From the NCBI RefSeq assembly GCF_006345805.1, contig NC_042999.1, forward strand, positions 168,206,001-168,270,000: 64,000 nucleotides of DNA, read 5' to 3'. This DNA is from Octopus sinensis. Lineage: Eukaryota. The position numbers and the translations under genes are program-made. A model generated the notes under the pieces. That model saw nothing but the letters and a program-made list of their open reading frames with translations. It ran no database searches and had not been told where the DNA came from. The stretch's first letter is position 1. Each line of letters starts with the position of its first letter. Positions 39,335 to 53,611 of this stretch are shown here, piece by piece.

Positions 39335-40562
39335 AAAGGCGGGCTGAAAAGTTTATAGGCTAACTTGGAAGGAGTGATGAAATCTAGCATGCATTAATTT
39401 CAACTTTTCTGCATTATTAACTGCAATATTTCTTTCCCTGTAAACTAAGAACACTTCAAATGTAACTGATAGTGATTTCTCTTGAATATGGACAAAATCT
39501 GGCATCACCTTGTTATGAAATAGCTGTAGAAAAAGGGTTTAGTCTCCAAAGATTTTCATACTGACATGCTTGCAACATTAGGGGATGACACTTCAGCTTT
39601 ATCAACAATGCAAAAGTTGGCAACTGAATTTATGAAGGGAACGGAGAATCTTGAAGACTGTCCAAGGTCTGGACATCCTGCAACTGCCACCACCAAGGAA
39701 AACACTTATTGTGTTCACTACATGCTGATGGATGACAGGCCATTGACTATAAATCAAATAGCCAATGCAATTAGCATATCCTGTGAGTGAATTGAGAATA
39801 TGCTGCACAATGGACTTGGCATGACTAAGGTTTCTGCTCAGTGGGTGCCACGTCTTCTGACATCTGATCAAAAGTGCATCAAACTGATCACATCATGACA
39901 AAATCTGGCATTCTTTCAGACAGATCCAGCTATTTCCTTGAATGTTTTCTAACCCAGGATCAGTGTTGGGTTCGTCACTTTGAATCAAAGATAAAGAGAC
40001 AATCATGCAATGGGAAAACCTCTCCTCACCTGACCCAAAGAAGGGAAGGTGATAGCCTCAGTTTCTTGATGTGTTTATTGACTATCTTCAGGTGGGCCAC
40101 ACCATCAATGGAGAGTACTATACAAACTTGCTGAGGTAGTTATGAAAGGTTATCAAGACCAAATTCCCAGGAAAACCGATGAAAGAGGTCTTGTTTCATC
40201 AGAACAATGCTCCAGAACAATGAAGGACTTGAAATGAACAAGTCCTTCATTTCAATGGCTGTTGTGTGTATCTGTGGCTTTGAACTGGCTGATCACCATC
40301 CCTATTCTCCTGACTTGGCCCCATCTGACTATCACCTGTTCTCCAACTTGAAAAATGACTTGGCTGGGAAGCAGCGTTGCAATGATGATGACATCATCTC
40401 TGCTGTTGATGACTTTTTTTTTACCAGCAGGATGAAAGATTCTTCACCAATGGCATCCAAGCACTGCAACATTGATGGAAGTATGTCAACTGCAAGGAAG
40501 GGCGGTATTTTGAAAACTAAACCTTGTTTGGTCACATTCCATGAGAGTATCTTGGTCAGCCA
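39335..40562 (+). mobile_element. Mariner transposon, near full-length, decayed
   Basis: TIR-like gggctgaaaagtttataggct; SAQWVP, HQNNAP, HPYSPDLAPSDYHLF. Confidence 0.85.
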
Positions 40563-41367
40563 ATCCTCATGTGTGAACGTAAGTAGGTGTATATTTATAT
40601 ATATAGATACAAAATTAATGACAAATAGTAACTTGAAAACAAAGTGTAGCTAATATGTTTACACTCAAGTAAGAAAAGGAAGCAGAAATGTCTTTGATGT
40701 TTCAAGTTTAAGATAGTGTAATTGTCGTCACCCTCACCATTATCATCCCTGTATACTGTCTATGTTCCATGCTGATAAGGGTTAGAGAGTTTGACAGGAT
40801 CCAGCAGGATCAAAGACTCTACCATTCTTCAATCTATTTTAGTATGGTTTCCATGGCCGGACACCCTTCCAAATGCCAACCACTTTACAGCATATATTGG
40901 GTAAAGTTTTTGTGCCATAAGTACTAGTAAGGTTAACATGCAGTTTGCAAGATAATGAACCCCAAGAGAGGAAGCTTTATGATAGAAAATGAGGGATTAA
41001 AGTATGCGAGACGGGGGCCTGCAAAGGACAGGTTTCTTGCTGTAGAGGACCTACATAGCTACATGGCTACTCACACTTTAAAAGCGAGGGTGGAATAAGG
41101 GTGGAGCTAAAAAGGGATAAAAATAGTGGTGATGAAGGGCCTGGATGAACCCTCAAGATATGAGCACGTAGATGTGAATGGGGACAGAACTGGGAGTGTG
41201 GGTGGGTAAGAGGCTGCAAGAGTGTATAGGAGAGCAAGTGATGGGGAATGAGTGAGGGGATGAATAAAATGAATGAAAAAGTGTTGAAGGATAAGTAGTG
41301 AGATAGAAAAAAAGTTATATTTTTCACAGTTGCATCACTATATTTGCACACACACAAACAGAGACAC

Positions 41368-41421
<54 letters not shown>

Positions 41422-43092
41422 GAAATCTGTAAAATATTTAGCTTTATGAGCTGGAAATATGAAAATTCACCTTTCTCCACGGCACTTAACTTATTTTATG
41501 AATTCTATAAAAACACAGATCTCTAGGAATCAAACTTTCTTCAATATGGATAAACTCACACCCTCACTTTCATCTTCACTTTCTGGAAAACTAAGAGGTT
41601 TTGAAAAAATTTTTTAAAAACCTGATATATGACTGTGTAATACTAATAGAACTTTTAGAAACCAATTTGTTATCTAAATCTCATTTTTATAGAACTTTCC
41701 ATGATGTTTCACGAATGTAACATCACCCCCTTTGATGTTTGGGAATCTCAGATGTTTTTTTGGCTGATGAGTACGAGTCACCTATATTTACTGCAATCTT
41801 TGTAGTCTTATTAAAGATGTCTTCGTACGAAACAATTGTACCGATATATTGATCCATTCTTGTTGCTTTTTTCCTATATATATATATATATATATATATA
41901 TGGTACATATATCATGTATGTGTGAGATAGTGAGAAACGTTAAAAAGTGGGTGTAATGATTGAGTCAAGTTATGTGTGTGTGTGCGTTTATACACATATG
42001 TACTTTTATCATTACACATATTACAAAACATGAATTCCAATAATAACTGAATTTGCACACAAAACAAAGTCAAATAGAAAGTTATGTAACAGCTTTCTAG
42101 CTTCTCAGTGAGACACTTCATTTAAATTGCAAATGTCCTTAAGAAAGGTAAGAGTGTTATCAATGACATTTCCCTTTTTGTAAAAAAAATATTGTATGCT
42201 AAGAGGAAGCAATAGGAAACCACTTCAGAATATTTCTTCGTTCCAAAGTTTGTTACATTAAGTGCGTTAGCACTCACTTTACAAATTATTTTCATACAGG
42301 AGGCATTTGCAGTTATTCCCTTCAGTCATTCTTTTAAGTGGTCACACTACTTAGTATTCATTCACAAAAAATCCTATGTGCTTCTAAGATGGCCAGTAAT
42401 AGTTAGTTAACTATACTTTGTTGATACCAAAGATCAGACACAATCCCCACTGCATTTTCTACATTTAATTTAAATTCCAGAGTTGTCTTCTTTGCCTTTC
42501 TTGACCAAAATTTATCATCGAATTAATGGTTATTTCCCTTCATAATAGGTATAAATTTAGTTAATTAAAATCACTTAGTACCTTCTGTACCAATTATTTT
42601 CAAGCAGTAGGTGTGTTTTCCCCAGTCATATAATGGGACAGCTGGAAAACAAATATGTAACATAACAATGGCCCCTGTTTGACATGTTTGAGACATGATT
42701 TTATTTTATTATTATAATTCTTTATTATTACATTTTCTTTTCTTTGGTGGGGGGTTTCCAAGTTGCCTGAATTTGTAATACACTATTTCTTCACACACAT
42801 TTCATGAAATTTTAACTAGCTGACCTTCCTATTAGTAAGTGCTGCAGCTGGAAAATATGTCTTCCCAGACTTATGAAGTATGTTTTTATAGAATTCATAA
42901 AATAAGTTAAGTGCCATGGAGAAAGGTGAATTCTCATATTTCAGGCTCATAAAGCTAAATATTTTAGAGATTTCATTTATTATTTTCTCAGGCCATGAAT
43001 ATGTTTTTTCAGACTCTAATTTCCCCTCTATGCTTTAATATAGTCAAATACTGATGAAGCATATCAAAATTTTTAATAGAATATAGATAATA

Positions 43093-43504
43093 GGCGCAGG
43101 AGTGGCTGTGCGGTAAGTAGCTTGCTTACGAACCACATGGTTCTGGGTTCAGTCCCACTGCGTGGCACCTTGGGCAAGTGTCTTCTACTATAGCCCTGGG
43201 CCGACCAAAGCCTTGTGAGTGGATTTGGTAGACGGAAACTGAAAGAAGCCCGTCGTATATATGTATATATATATATATATGCGTGTGTGTGTTTGTGTAT
43301 CTGTGTTTGTCCCCCTAGCATTGCTTGACAACCGATGCTGGTGTGTTTACGTCCCCGTTACTTAGCGGTTCGGCAAAAGAGACCGATAGAATAAGTACTG
43401 GGCTTACAAAAGAATAAGTCCCGGGGTCGAGTTGCTCGATTAAAGGCGGTGCTCCAGCATGGCCGCAGTCAAATGACTGAAACAAGTAAAAGAGTAAAAG
43501 AGTA
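43093..43504 (+). mobile_element. tRNA-derived SINE, major family
   Basis: Full-length match to the family. Confidence 0.88.
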
Positions 43505-43605
43505 TAATAGTGTCAAGATAATATCAATTAAACAGGCTTATTTCAATGAAATTACAGTAGAATGTAAAACTGTAATAAGCTGTAATAATTTTAATTTCAA
43601 CATAC

Positions 43606-43680
43606 CATTTCTTCAACAGATAAATGAACATATTTACAATCAAAATCATCAGCATTCTCATCAGTGAAGCCCTCAAATAC
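43606..43680 (-). CDS. VEZT: Vezatin coding exon
   Basis: Acceptor tttccttttag. Encodes VFEGFTDENADDFDCKYVHLSVEEM (cf. ELEAYVDD...YYLSQED). Donor gtatgt; phase 0/0. Confidence 0.85.
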
Positions 43681-43753
43681 CTAAAAGGAAACAAAATAAA
43701 ATCCAAGATACAATAAGGAAATAAAATGAAATAAGAATTAACTGAAAGCATTT

Positions 43754-43754
<1 letters not shown>

Positions 43755-43797
<43 letters not shown>

Positions 43798-44210
43798 CAT
43801 TGTGTACAGTGCTCAGGTGCACTACAACTCATCTAAAGTGCATACATAATCAGGTGTAGTTTCGACGGATTTCGGAAAGCATGAGGGCCTTAAAGGATGC
43901 AGTGTCATGGCAGTCAACAACTGACGCAGGCAGTTTATTCCATGCTTCAGCAACTCTGAGCGTGAAAAAATGTTTCCGAAAGTCATGGGAGCTGTGTTGT
44001 TTTCTGACTTTGTAGGCATGTCCACGTGTGTTAGACACATGGAGATCAAAAAGGTGTTCAGTGTTGTTATTGGTGAGGTGGTTGACAACTTTGTGGGCGT
44101 TTACCAAGTCCGTCGCCAGAGCTTCAGTGAATCCATGCCCAGGGAAACAAGGCGCTCAGAATATGGTAGGTGTCTGATGGAGGGTATGCGTTTGGTTGCA
44201 CGAATGAATA
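43755..44210 (-). mobile_element. CR1 LINE 3' fragment with (ATT)n tail
   Basis: TRGHAYKV...RKHFFTLRVAEAWNKLP, a typical CR1 C-terminus. Confidence 0.85.
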
Positions 44211-46423
44211 CCCAGAGTCTTAAGTACATAACAAAATTTTTAATTAAAACTTTAAAATCTCTTTAATTTTTTCTATTTTATTTTGCTGCACACAGACTCT
44301 TTTTAGAAGAGGACATAGTTAACAGAATAACTAAGAATATAGCTAATAATATTTTATTGATACCAAAGTAAATAGGATAGGGGACAAACAACTGAAATGG
44401 CAGTGGCTAGTATTATATCACTGGAATTGCATCATTCTTATAGCCAGGACACTTAATTCTCAAATGGTCTAACCCTAGTTCTATTGAAGGTCAAGAATGA
44501 TTTGTCTCTCCAAGCTATATCAGTACTGCTGACTTGATAACTGATTTGTTGGTTTACAATTTATTTGCTCCAATGGGTAAAGCTACATGTGAGAGACTAG
44601 CATCACATCCAGGTGGAGAATTATCTTTCATCTACTTAAAACTATGGAAATCTAAGAGAAGCACAATTACTTTTTGTCAATTAAACTTACTTCTTACTGA
44701 AGTGAAGTGTTTTTCTATTAGTACAATATTATACAAGTCAGCAAAATTAGCAATTTTGGGGTGTGCAGTTATGCATGCAAACCACTCAAGAGTGTTTTTA
44801 TAATTATTTATGTTTTAACATTTCATTTTTATTTTATTCTTAAATTAGAAAAGCAGGAATTTTATTTTCTGATTTAAATAAACCATCATAATGAAGAAAT
44901 ATGTACCAGAGCACTCAAGCCAATGGTTGAAAATTAAGGGAAAAGGCATTTAGGAAAGAATATTTGAAAGTGAAAATAATATGGAATAGTAAAACAAAAT
45001 TGACTGAATTAGAAATTATATGAAAACAAAACAACCAATAAACATTCAAAACTGGATATAAAACAGCCCTCTTCCATTCTCAAAATATAAACAATTTTTT
45101 TTCCATTTTTTCTAAGTAGTGAGAAATGATATATATTAATCTGCACTCCAATGAAGGATTGGTAACACTCTCAGGAAGAATAGGCTGAGTGGATTCACAT
45201 GAAAAATGGCACACATGTGGAGACTGGTGCATAGATTGGAATGCGGTTTGTATATTTTCCTAGACCACATAGTTACTGAGAAAATCGATTAAAACTTTTT
45301 CTAATGGAATTCCCCTGTTTGTTCCGCTATCAAAACAACCAGTTGCTCACACAGCCAGTACATAACATTTCGCTAGCATTGTCAGATTAAGATAGTAGGA
45401 TGTTTTCAGGGAGATTTGGCTGCTATTTCTACTAGGTCTAGCTACCATGTAGAGGTTTGAACTTAATTTTCATTCACATATTTGCATTTCAAAACTTTAA
45501 CATAATCTTTTCCATAAATCAACTATCGTAAAAATTTTATATGATGACCTCACATTTTCTATGTATGTGTGTGCACCTTAAAAGACATCAGTCATCACGA
45601 CACACACCTTCACTCTATCTCTCTTTCTCTCTCACATACACACATTAAAAGCACATGCACACACACACACACACACACGTCCATTTGATATATCTTCTTT
45701 CAATTTCTGCTCTCTGCAAATAAAAATTTTTATGGATACAACTGCTTACAAAAACAGGGATTAATGTATAATTTCTTTCTATGTTTATAATTAAATCTAT
45801 GTTTTAATGATTAGACAGAGGTCCAATAGAATAGCCCTCAGAAACAGACTACGTACAAATTCGTTCTTCACAACTCCTGAAGCTGTTTTCTGACAAGTGG
45901 GGCAGTGGGGGTCAGGAAATGTTCATACAGCTGGAGGCTCCGAACAAAACAGGGGACACGAAATGATAAGGCTGAGAAACGCTGTTATAGATTAGGCCTA
46001 ACTGAACACGATCACAGCCACATCATCCAAACAGACCGGGTGAAACTGGGCTTAGCTGCTAGTATTATATATAAACAGAAATACAAAACATGAACTAATT
46101 TAAATGTATATGAAATAGGCATTGTATGCAATCACAGAAAATACTTAACAAACTGTATGAACTGAATGTAATATGAATGGCTTACATATACATGAGATTA
46201 AAATTCTAGATTTACTTCTCAGCATTTCTTTATACACAATGTGAATCTAGAAATTAAAATTAGTTACAAAATATAAGTAAAAAGAGTTTAATAAATATAT
46301 TTAATATCAAGGGTTAGATTTTCAGCAACTCATGTAAGCCACTCCCCATCTTTACCCCAAAATTAACTTTGGTCTATATTAGAAAAAGAGCTTCGTTTTT
46401 AACTGCAATATTTAAAAATTTAC

Positions 46424-46512
46424 CTCATCAACAATCACTGGATTGATATCTTCAGCACAAATAATTTTCTCGTCTTTTTCTTTGGTATTAATTTTCGGAT
46501 TAAGTTTTGGAG
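46424..46512 (-). CDS. VEZT: Vezatin coding exon
   Basis: Acceptor catttttag. Encodes PKLNPKINTKEKDEKIICAEDINPVIVDE. Donor gtaaat; phases 1/0 fit. Confidence 0.8.
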
Positions 46513-48347
46513 CTAAAAATGAAATATAACTTTAAGATAATATTCTCATTCAAAATAATGCTTAATTTCAGTTGGAATGTTTTTTTAATCTAAAATAAAC
46601 AAAAATGATGTAATTACATCATATATCATAGCTTGCTCAATTCTTTACACACACACACACACACATTTATATTATATGTATCATTTTATATTGACGTTCC
46701 ATGCTGGCATGGTTTGGATGGGGTGTCACAGTTGGAATCAGTACTAATTCAGAGGCAGCACTCAGTTAAATGGGCTAGGGAACTAGTGTTTCATTTCCGT
46801 GTTGGTTTCTATGATTGGATACCCTTCCCAACTGTAACCACTTTAGAGAGTGTACTGAATGCTTTTTTCAAGGTACCAGTATTAGAAAAACATCACATCC
46901 TCAACAAGGCTAAAACCACACCTTTTACAGAGTATAGGGGATGCATTTTTTGTGACACCACCACTGGAGAGTTAACTATTTCCATGAACACATTTCTCTG
47001 CTCACTGGCCAAGCTGCTTTACAGAAATAAGAAGTATAAGGGATAGTAGCATGAATGTTAGTCATGGAAGGAATGTATGACAGAGAGGGAGTAATAGAGA
47101 GTTTAGTATTGTGAGACAGGTATGTATATTCAAAGCAACATAACTAAGATGGCAGAGAGGTGACAGAGATCTGTTACCTAGGAGACTGAGAGATGACAGG
47201 AACCCAGGAAGTATGGAAAAAAAAGAGCAAGAAAAAGTTAGCAGGCAGACTGACATAGGAAGATGACCAGCAGTATAGGAGGGGAGGGTAAAAGTAGACT
47301 CGGCATAAGTGCTCCAATGTAGCCACTTATACATAGGCCAGAGGGATCAAATGATTATATATCAATGTTAATATAATTCCTCACAAACACATATGCCACA
47401 TAAAAAGCACCCTGTACACTCTGTAAGTTGGTTAGCATTAGGAAGGATATCCAGTCATATAAAACCATGCCAAAGTAAACATTGGAACCTGGCACAGTCC
47501 TCTGGCTTGCCAGGTCCTTTTGAACCATCTGACCCATGACAACATGGAGAATGGATGTTAAATGATGATGGTGGTGTAGTGATAACAATACACAAATTGT
47601 CAAGTGGTGATTGAGAAACACAAAAATGTATGCATATTAACACATACATATATACAACAGGCATTCATACAGTTTTCTGCAACCAAATTCACCTGCAAAG
47701 TACTGGTGGACCAGGAGCTAAATCAGAGCTTTGTAAGTGGATATGGTAGATGGAAACTGAAAGAAGCCCATCATATGTGTATATGTGTGTGTATATGTTG
47801 GTGTCTCCTTGTCTTGATATTACAAACAAGTGTCGTTGCTTTACAAATAATAATGAAATTATTGTGTATAGTGCACTACAAATGGTGTCCTCTGTTTTCA
47901 ATCTTCCATGAAAACATGTCTGGTCATGCAAAAATATTACCTTACTTAGAAACAGGTGAGAGAAATGGTATCAGTCATAGAAAATATACCACAAATTCTA
48001 TCCAACCTGTGCAAGCATAGAAAGGTGGATATTAAAATGATGACATATTTGCATGTATGTGTGTGGTGTACGTGTAAGTGGGGCTGCCCTGCAGTAGCAA
48101 CTCATTTGCTAGTTGCTGTCCAACCATTGTGTGATGGTACATATCTTCCACTTGACCGCAACAGCCTTCAAGGTGTATAGTGTTGCAGTGCGCCCTTGAT
48201 TCCTCTATGTCACAAAATGCATGGTCCTCTGCTGCTGGTACATTAAGGCCCTGATACATGTCCAACTTTGTCATCAACACTCCATCTTGCATGTCAAATG
48301 TAGACGTCCTATGCTGTGTTGGGGGAAGGAGGTGGGAAGGATATTTG

Positions 48348-48696
48348 CTCTTTTACTCTTTTACTTGTTTCAGTCATTTGACTGCGGCCATGCTGGAGCA
48401 TGGCCTTTAATCGAGCAACTCGACCCCGGGACTTATTCTTTTGTAAGCCCAGTACTTATTCTATCAGTCTCTTTTGCCAAACCGCTAAGTAACGGGGACA
48501 TAAACACACCAGCATTGGTTGTCAAGCAATGCTAGGGGGACAAACTTCTTTCAGTTTCCGTCTACCAAATCCACTCACAAGGCTTTGGTCGGCCCGAGGC
48601 TATAGTAGAAGACACTTGCCCAAGGTGCCATGCAGTGGGACTGAACCCGGAACCATGTGGTTGGTAAGCAAGCTACTTACCACACAGCCACTCCTA
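48348..48696 (-). mobile_element. tRNA-derived SINE lacking the internal microsatellite
   Basis: Family match with a central deletion. Confidence 0.85.
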
Positions 48697-49144
48697 TGTT
48701 TACAGGATGGAGAGCAGCAGAGTCTCAGAGGCAGTTTTCCACCCTGAACTGCATTAGGGCAAGCACAGCGATGGTGGCCAGAGGTTGCAACACAAGGATG
48801 TGCTGAAGAGACTTATGTAGAACTCCAGCATCTCTTCAGACACCTGGGAAGAGAAGACCTAGTGATGTAATGAATTGCATTAATCGCTGAAGCTCATAAT
48901 TCCAGCCACTGAGAAGAAACAACAGAGGTAATATGAAAGAGTGCATGAACAGCGTCATTTCTCTGTTGCATGAAGTAGCTTCACCTGCAGCAGAGATCAT
49001 CGCAGCTGCAGATCAAGAGCAGGCCTTGTAGCCCACATGCAAGCCTGCCAGAGATGATTACTGAACAAAAACAGCCAATGTCTACCTACAATGGACAGCC
49101 AACAACAACAATGTATGAGTGTGCATTTCTCCTTGTCCTGATGT

Positions 49145-49532
49145 ATAGTGGAAGCACTCCGTCGGTTACGACGATGAGGGTTCCGGTTGATCCGAATCAA
49201 CGGAACAGCCTGCTCGTGAAATTAACGTGTAAGTGGCTGAGCACTCCACAGACACGTGTACCCTTAACGTAGTTCTCGGGGATATTCAGCGTGACACAGA
49301 GAGTGACAAAGCCGGCCCTTTAAAATACAGGTACAACAGAAACAGGAAGTAAGAGTGAGAGAAAGTTGTGGTGAAAGAGTACAGCAGGGATCACCACCAT
49401 CCCCTGCCGGAGCCTCATGGAGCTTTAGGTGTTTTCGCTCAATAAACACTCACAACGCCCGGTCTGGGAATCGAAACCGCGATCCTATGACCGCAAGTCC
49501 GCTGCCCTAACCACTGGACCATTGCGCCTCCA
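49145..49532 (-). mobile_element. Second tRNA-derived SINE family
   Basis: Head ggaggcgcaatggtccagtggttagggcagcgg...ggtttcgattccc with A and B boxes. Decayed related heads at about 49920-50210 (+) and 52810-53128 (-). Confidence 0.7.
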
Positions 49533-50654
49533 CTCCTGATGTATAACACACTGATTGTAAACAAAATTACCATCAAGTAAAAACAGTGTAATTTGTTAGC
49601 AATCCTCTGTGAAAGCTTGTCCAATCACTGAACCATAGAGTGTTCAAAAGATTAGGGTAAATTTTACTTTACTTTGAAACAGGGGAAGGTTGGAGACAGG
49701 AAGAGCATACAACTATTAAAAAACTTGCCTCAACAGAATTTCATTTAACCTAATGCATGAAAACAAAGAAAAGTGAATGCTAAAACAATGATCATCATCA
49801 TAACTGATGACATGATGTTGTACATAATGCAAAGAATCCTTTATTTAACCTTAAAAAAATTTGGTTTTTACATGTTTAGCTGGAAGTGCATGGCTAGGTG
49901 GAGGCACATGGGTAGGTAGAGACATGTGGCTTAGTGGTTAGGGTGCTGGACTCACAATTGTAAGATTGTGGTTTTGATTCCTGAACCAGCCAAAGTGTTG
50001 TGTTCTTGAGCAAAATACTTCATTTCATGTTGCTCCAGTCCACTCAACTGTAGAAATGAGTACCACTAGTGGAAGTGTGTCACTTAGTGGTTAAGGTGTT
50101 GGATTCCCAACTGTAAGATTGTGGTTTCAACCCCTCAACTGGGTGATCCATTGTGTTCTTGAGCAAAACACTTCATTTTATATTGCTCCAGTTGACTCAG
50201 CTGTAGAAATGAGTTTAACCTGGAGAGGGATGGGCTCCACCAGGCTTCCAACCCCAACAACCCACAAAGGGTTAAGGGATTTCTCAATTGTCACTGTATA
50301 TCTTCAGGATACAGGCATTCCTGAGTGGTTAAGAAGTTTATTTTGCAAACATAAGATCCTGGGTTCAAACCCAATGTGTGGCATCGAGGACAAGTAACCT
50401 TTACCACAGCACTGAGTGTGAAATTAGATAGACAGAAAATATGTAGAAGCACATCAGATTGCCTGAGAATTATATTAAAGGCACAAGAAGTCTTACAATA
50501 TAATTCAACGAGTGCATTGTTAAGTTAACCTAACAACTGGAATGCTCATTGTCAATGGAGATCCATTAACTGAATAAATTATTGGCGAGTTAGAAGTATT
50601 TTGTTTTAATGCTGTAGTGCTATAGAATAACTATATCATCTATGGGTTTTTAGC

Positions 50655-50887
50655 CAATACCTATTTCTTTATTACCCACAAGGGGCTAAACATAGAAGGG
50701 ACAAACAAGGACAGACATAGGTATTAAGTCAATTACATCGACCCCAGTGCGTAACTGATACTTAATTTATCGACCCCGAAAGGATGAAAGGTAAAGTCGA
50801 CCTCGGCGGAATTTGAACTCACAACGTAACGGCAGACGAAATACCGCTAAGCATTTCGCCCGATGAGCTAACGTTTCTACCAGCTCT
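50655..50887 (-). mobile_element. Third SINE family
   Basis: gagctggtagaaacgttag...gagttcaaattcc...cctttcatcctttcggggtcgataaa. Decayed relatives at about 10695-10900 and 9003-9281. Confidence 0.65.
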
Positions 50888-51962
50888 CCAATACCGTATG
50901 TACAGACAGTTGTACACACTTTGTTTTCCTATACAATGTATTTGTGGATAGAAAAGGAATGATCAGTTAGACTAGTTTCAATCTGGTGTTGGTATTTCAT
51001 CAGCAGCTTAGTATCCTATTTAACTGTTCCTTTACGGTATATCCCCAGATTAGCTTCAGTTGAAGAAACCTATGATCAAAGGCATTCCAGTGATGACCAC
51101 TCCACTTATTTGTCTTTCAAGCAATGGACTAACTCTACATTTAGGGAATATTTGGCGATTTTCTAGCAGACCAAGTAATCTCTTAGATAATCCCTCTTTG
51201 GTAGTTAATAATAAGGACCCTTTTTTTTTTCTTTTTATGAACTATTACATTTTCATGAAAAAATGTTCACCTACTTCTACAATGGCAACATAGTCAATCT
51301 TTTTTACAGATAAAATAAGTACCAGTAATATATTGTGAAAGAGTTGATTTATTATATAACTTCTTAACAAATTTTGGGGTCTTGTACTAAAGCTAGAAAT
51401 CGTTATTATTCATTGTGGAGTATATTTTGAGGGCGTGATTGTCCAGACCAGTTCCTAAAGTTAGGATTTTTTTTTATTTCAAAGTTCAAGGGAGACAACT
51501 GTTACAGTATCTGTCAACTAATAGATATAAACAGAGCAGTTTTTTGAAAGGCTTTTCTATCACCATTGGAGTCAATAATAATATTTATTATTTATATGGC
51601 AAAATGGTATGAACTACAGGAAAATGCGAGTAAAATAAGAATAAGAAAAAACACAAAAAACGGTAGTCAGTTCAAGTTTATGTAGCAATGATGAAATGAT
51701 ACGAGATAAAAAAAAAAAATTTTCTGCAATAAAGATAGGTCCAGTTTAAAATAACATGGGATATTGCATATGATAGAGATGGTAACTATACATGATATTA
51801 AATTCTTTAACCATTACGAAGTTCAATGGCTAGAAATCATTATTTTGAACTGTCTACCTTTATGTTCATATAAAATTCAAGATTGAATTTTGTTATGAAA
51901 TAAAGATCTAGAACAATAGATACAATATCTAAGTTTTTACAATTTCATAATAGAATACATAC

Positions 51963-52180
51963 TTGGCTCTTGCTGCTTTTTAAACATCTTTTCAAATTTG
52001 TCCAAGCCAATTTCATAACAAGCACGGCAGGCCTCAAGTTCAGCTTTTATTGATTGTAAGTGAGAGTACCATTGATTTTCTTTAGCAGTAATTTCACACT
52101 CATTTTGTTCGTTGTTGCTTATATCATTTTCTGCATTTATTTCGAAATATTTTTCAAATTCAGAACTCAAATTTGATGAT
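51963..52180 (-). CDS. VEZT: Vezatin coding exon
   Basis: Acceptor tttttctaag. Encodes SSNLSSEFEKYF...LQSIKAELEACRACYEIGLDKFEKMFKKQQEP. Donor gtatgt; phases 2/1 fit neighbours. Confidence 0.85.
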
Positions 52181-52262
52181 CTTAGAAAAAAGTAAAGAAA
52201 AAAAAGGGGTAAAACAGTGTATATATATTAGCAACGGAGGCAGTATTAATACTGAGAAGAAA

Positions 52263-52488
52263 TATTTATCCCCACTTAAACATGGCTGTTCTGTTAGAAC
52301 AAACTATACAGAGGTAAATACCATGAGAGAAACTCTCATATTTGCTTTTGGTGCAAAATGTAAAATGCACTATGCACAAATGCACTCTTGCTTTCTGCAC
52401 CAAAAGCCAACCTGAGAGTTTCTCTCATGGCATCTACTGCAGTGTAGTTTGTTCTAACAGAACATCCACATTTAAGTGGGGATAAATA
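52263..52488. mobile_element. Foldback/MITE-like palindrome
   Basis: Ends tatttatccccacttaaa and tttaagtggggataaata; imperfect arms of about 95 bp. Confidence 0.65.
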
Positions 52489-53388
52489 ATACCTTGTGTA
52501 TATTTGCATTCTATTGTGTTATCAGACCTGTGAGATCCAATATTTCAAGAGTTAATTTAACTCCTCTTTTGCCTACCTCATCTGTAGATACATTTTATTC
52601 TCATACTTGCTTATACAACATATATTACATGTTCACTTCTATATCACTTGCATATATTGATCAATGTGATTGATATTCTGTGATTTTATCAACATATTTG
52701 CCTCATTCGGGTTTTGACAAAACTCAACTTATTTATTTCCAATTCTGGTAGATTATTTCTAATTATTGTCTTATAAGAATAATACTTATTAAACACTCAA
52801 ACTAATCAGTAAAAGGTAAAAGACCCCCTTTGGCCATGAATGACCATGGGATTGTACGTAGAAAGTTACCTTCTGTGGCACAAGTTTGGGCAAAGTTGTC
52901 CCAAAGTTGGAAGATCAGCAGTTGCCTATATCACCAATGTTATCCAAGGGAAAGGCAAAGACCAATACAGCTCGCCACCAGTAACGTTGCAACTCATTTC
53001 TACAGCTGAGTGAGCTGGAGCAACTTGAAATAAAGTATCCTGTTCAAGAGCATAACACACTGCTTGGTCCGGGAATCAATCTCACTACCTTATGACTGCG
53101 AGCCTGATGCTCTAACCACTGAGCCATGTTTTGTGTGTGTGTGTGTTGTGTATATATACATACTTATATACATGTAAGGGAGAGAGAGAGAGATGAAAAC
53201 CTTTTACAGTATGATTAACTACAAACAGGACATAGCGAAACACTAGAGAGAACATTTCAAAATTTTATACTTTAATGATATAAATTGTTGTACCTGCATT
53301 TAGAACTTTTACTCATGTTAGGAAATTTTGTACTTCATCTACCATACATATACACATGGTTGTAATTTACATTACTAAAATACATTAC

Positions 53389-53611
53389 CTACAAAGAGCT
53401 GCTTGTAAATGTAGATCTAAACTGTGGACAGCCATATACAAATCTGAAAGGGGTGAACAAGGTTTCTTATCATGCGCATTGAAGGGTTTTGAATCTGGTT
53501 CTTGAAAACCACTTCGATGAAATTCATAGCTATTTTTTAGTTTTATATAATTTGATTCCAAGCTACATTTCACACATGAAGCTAAATCATTAGTCGAAGA
53601 ATTCAGAGTTC
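53389..53611 (-). CDS. VEZT: Vezatin coding exon
   Basis: Encodes ...LKNSYEFHRS...LYMAVHSLDLHLQAALCR (cf. LKRSYEFYR...VHTAVRSLQLHLKALL). Acceptor ttgttgtag; an alternative in-frame acceptor would start the exon at 53647. Donor gtaatg. Confidence 0.85.

Noticed and set aside
41723-41908. 61-aa ORF as a possible VEZT exon
   Set aside because: No vezatin similarity, and exons 43606 and 34690 already join in frame.
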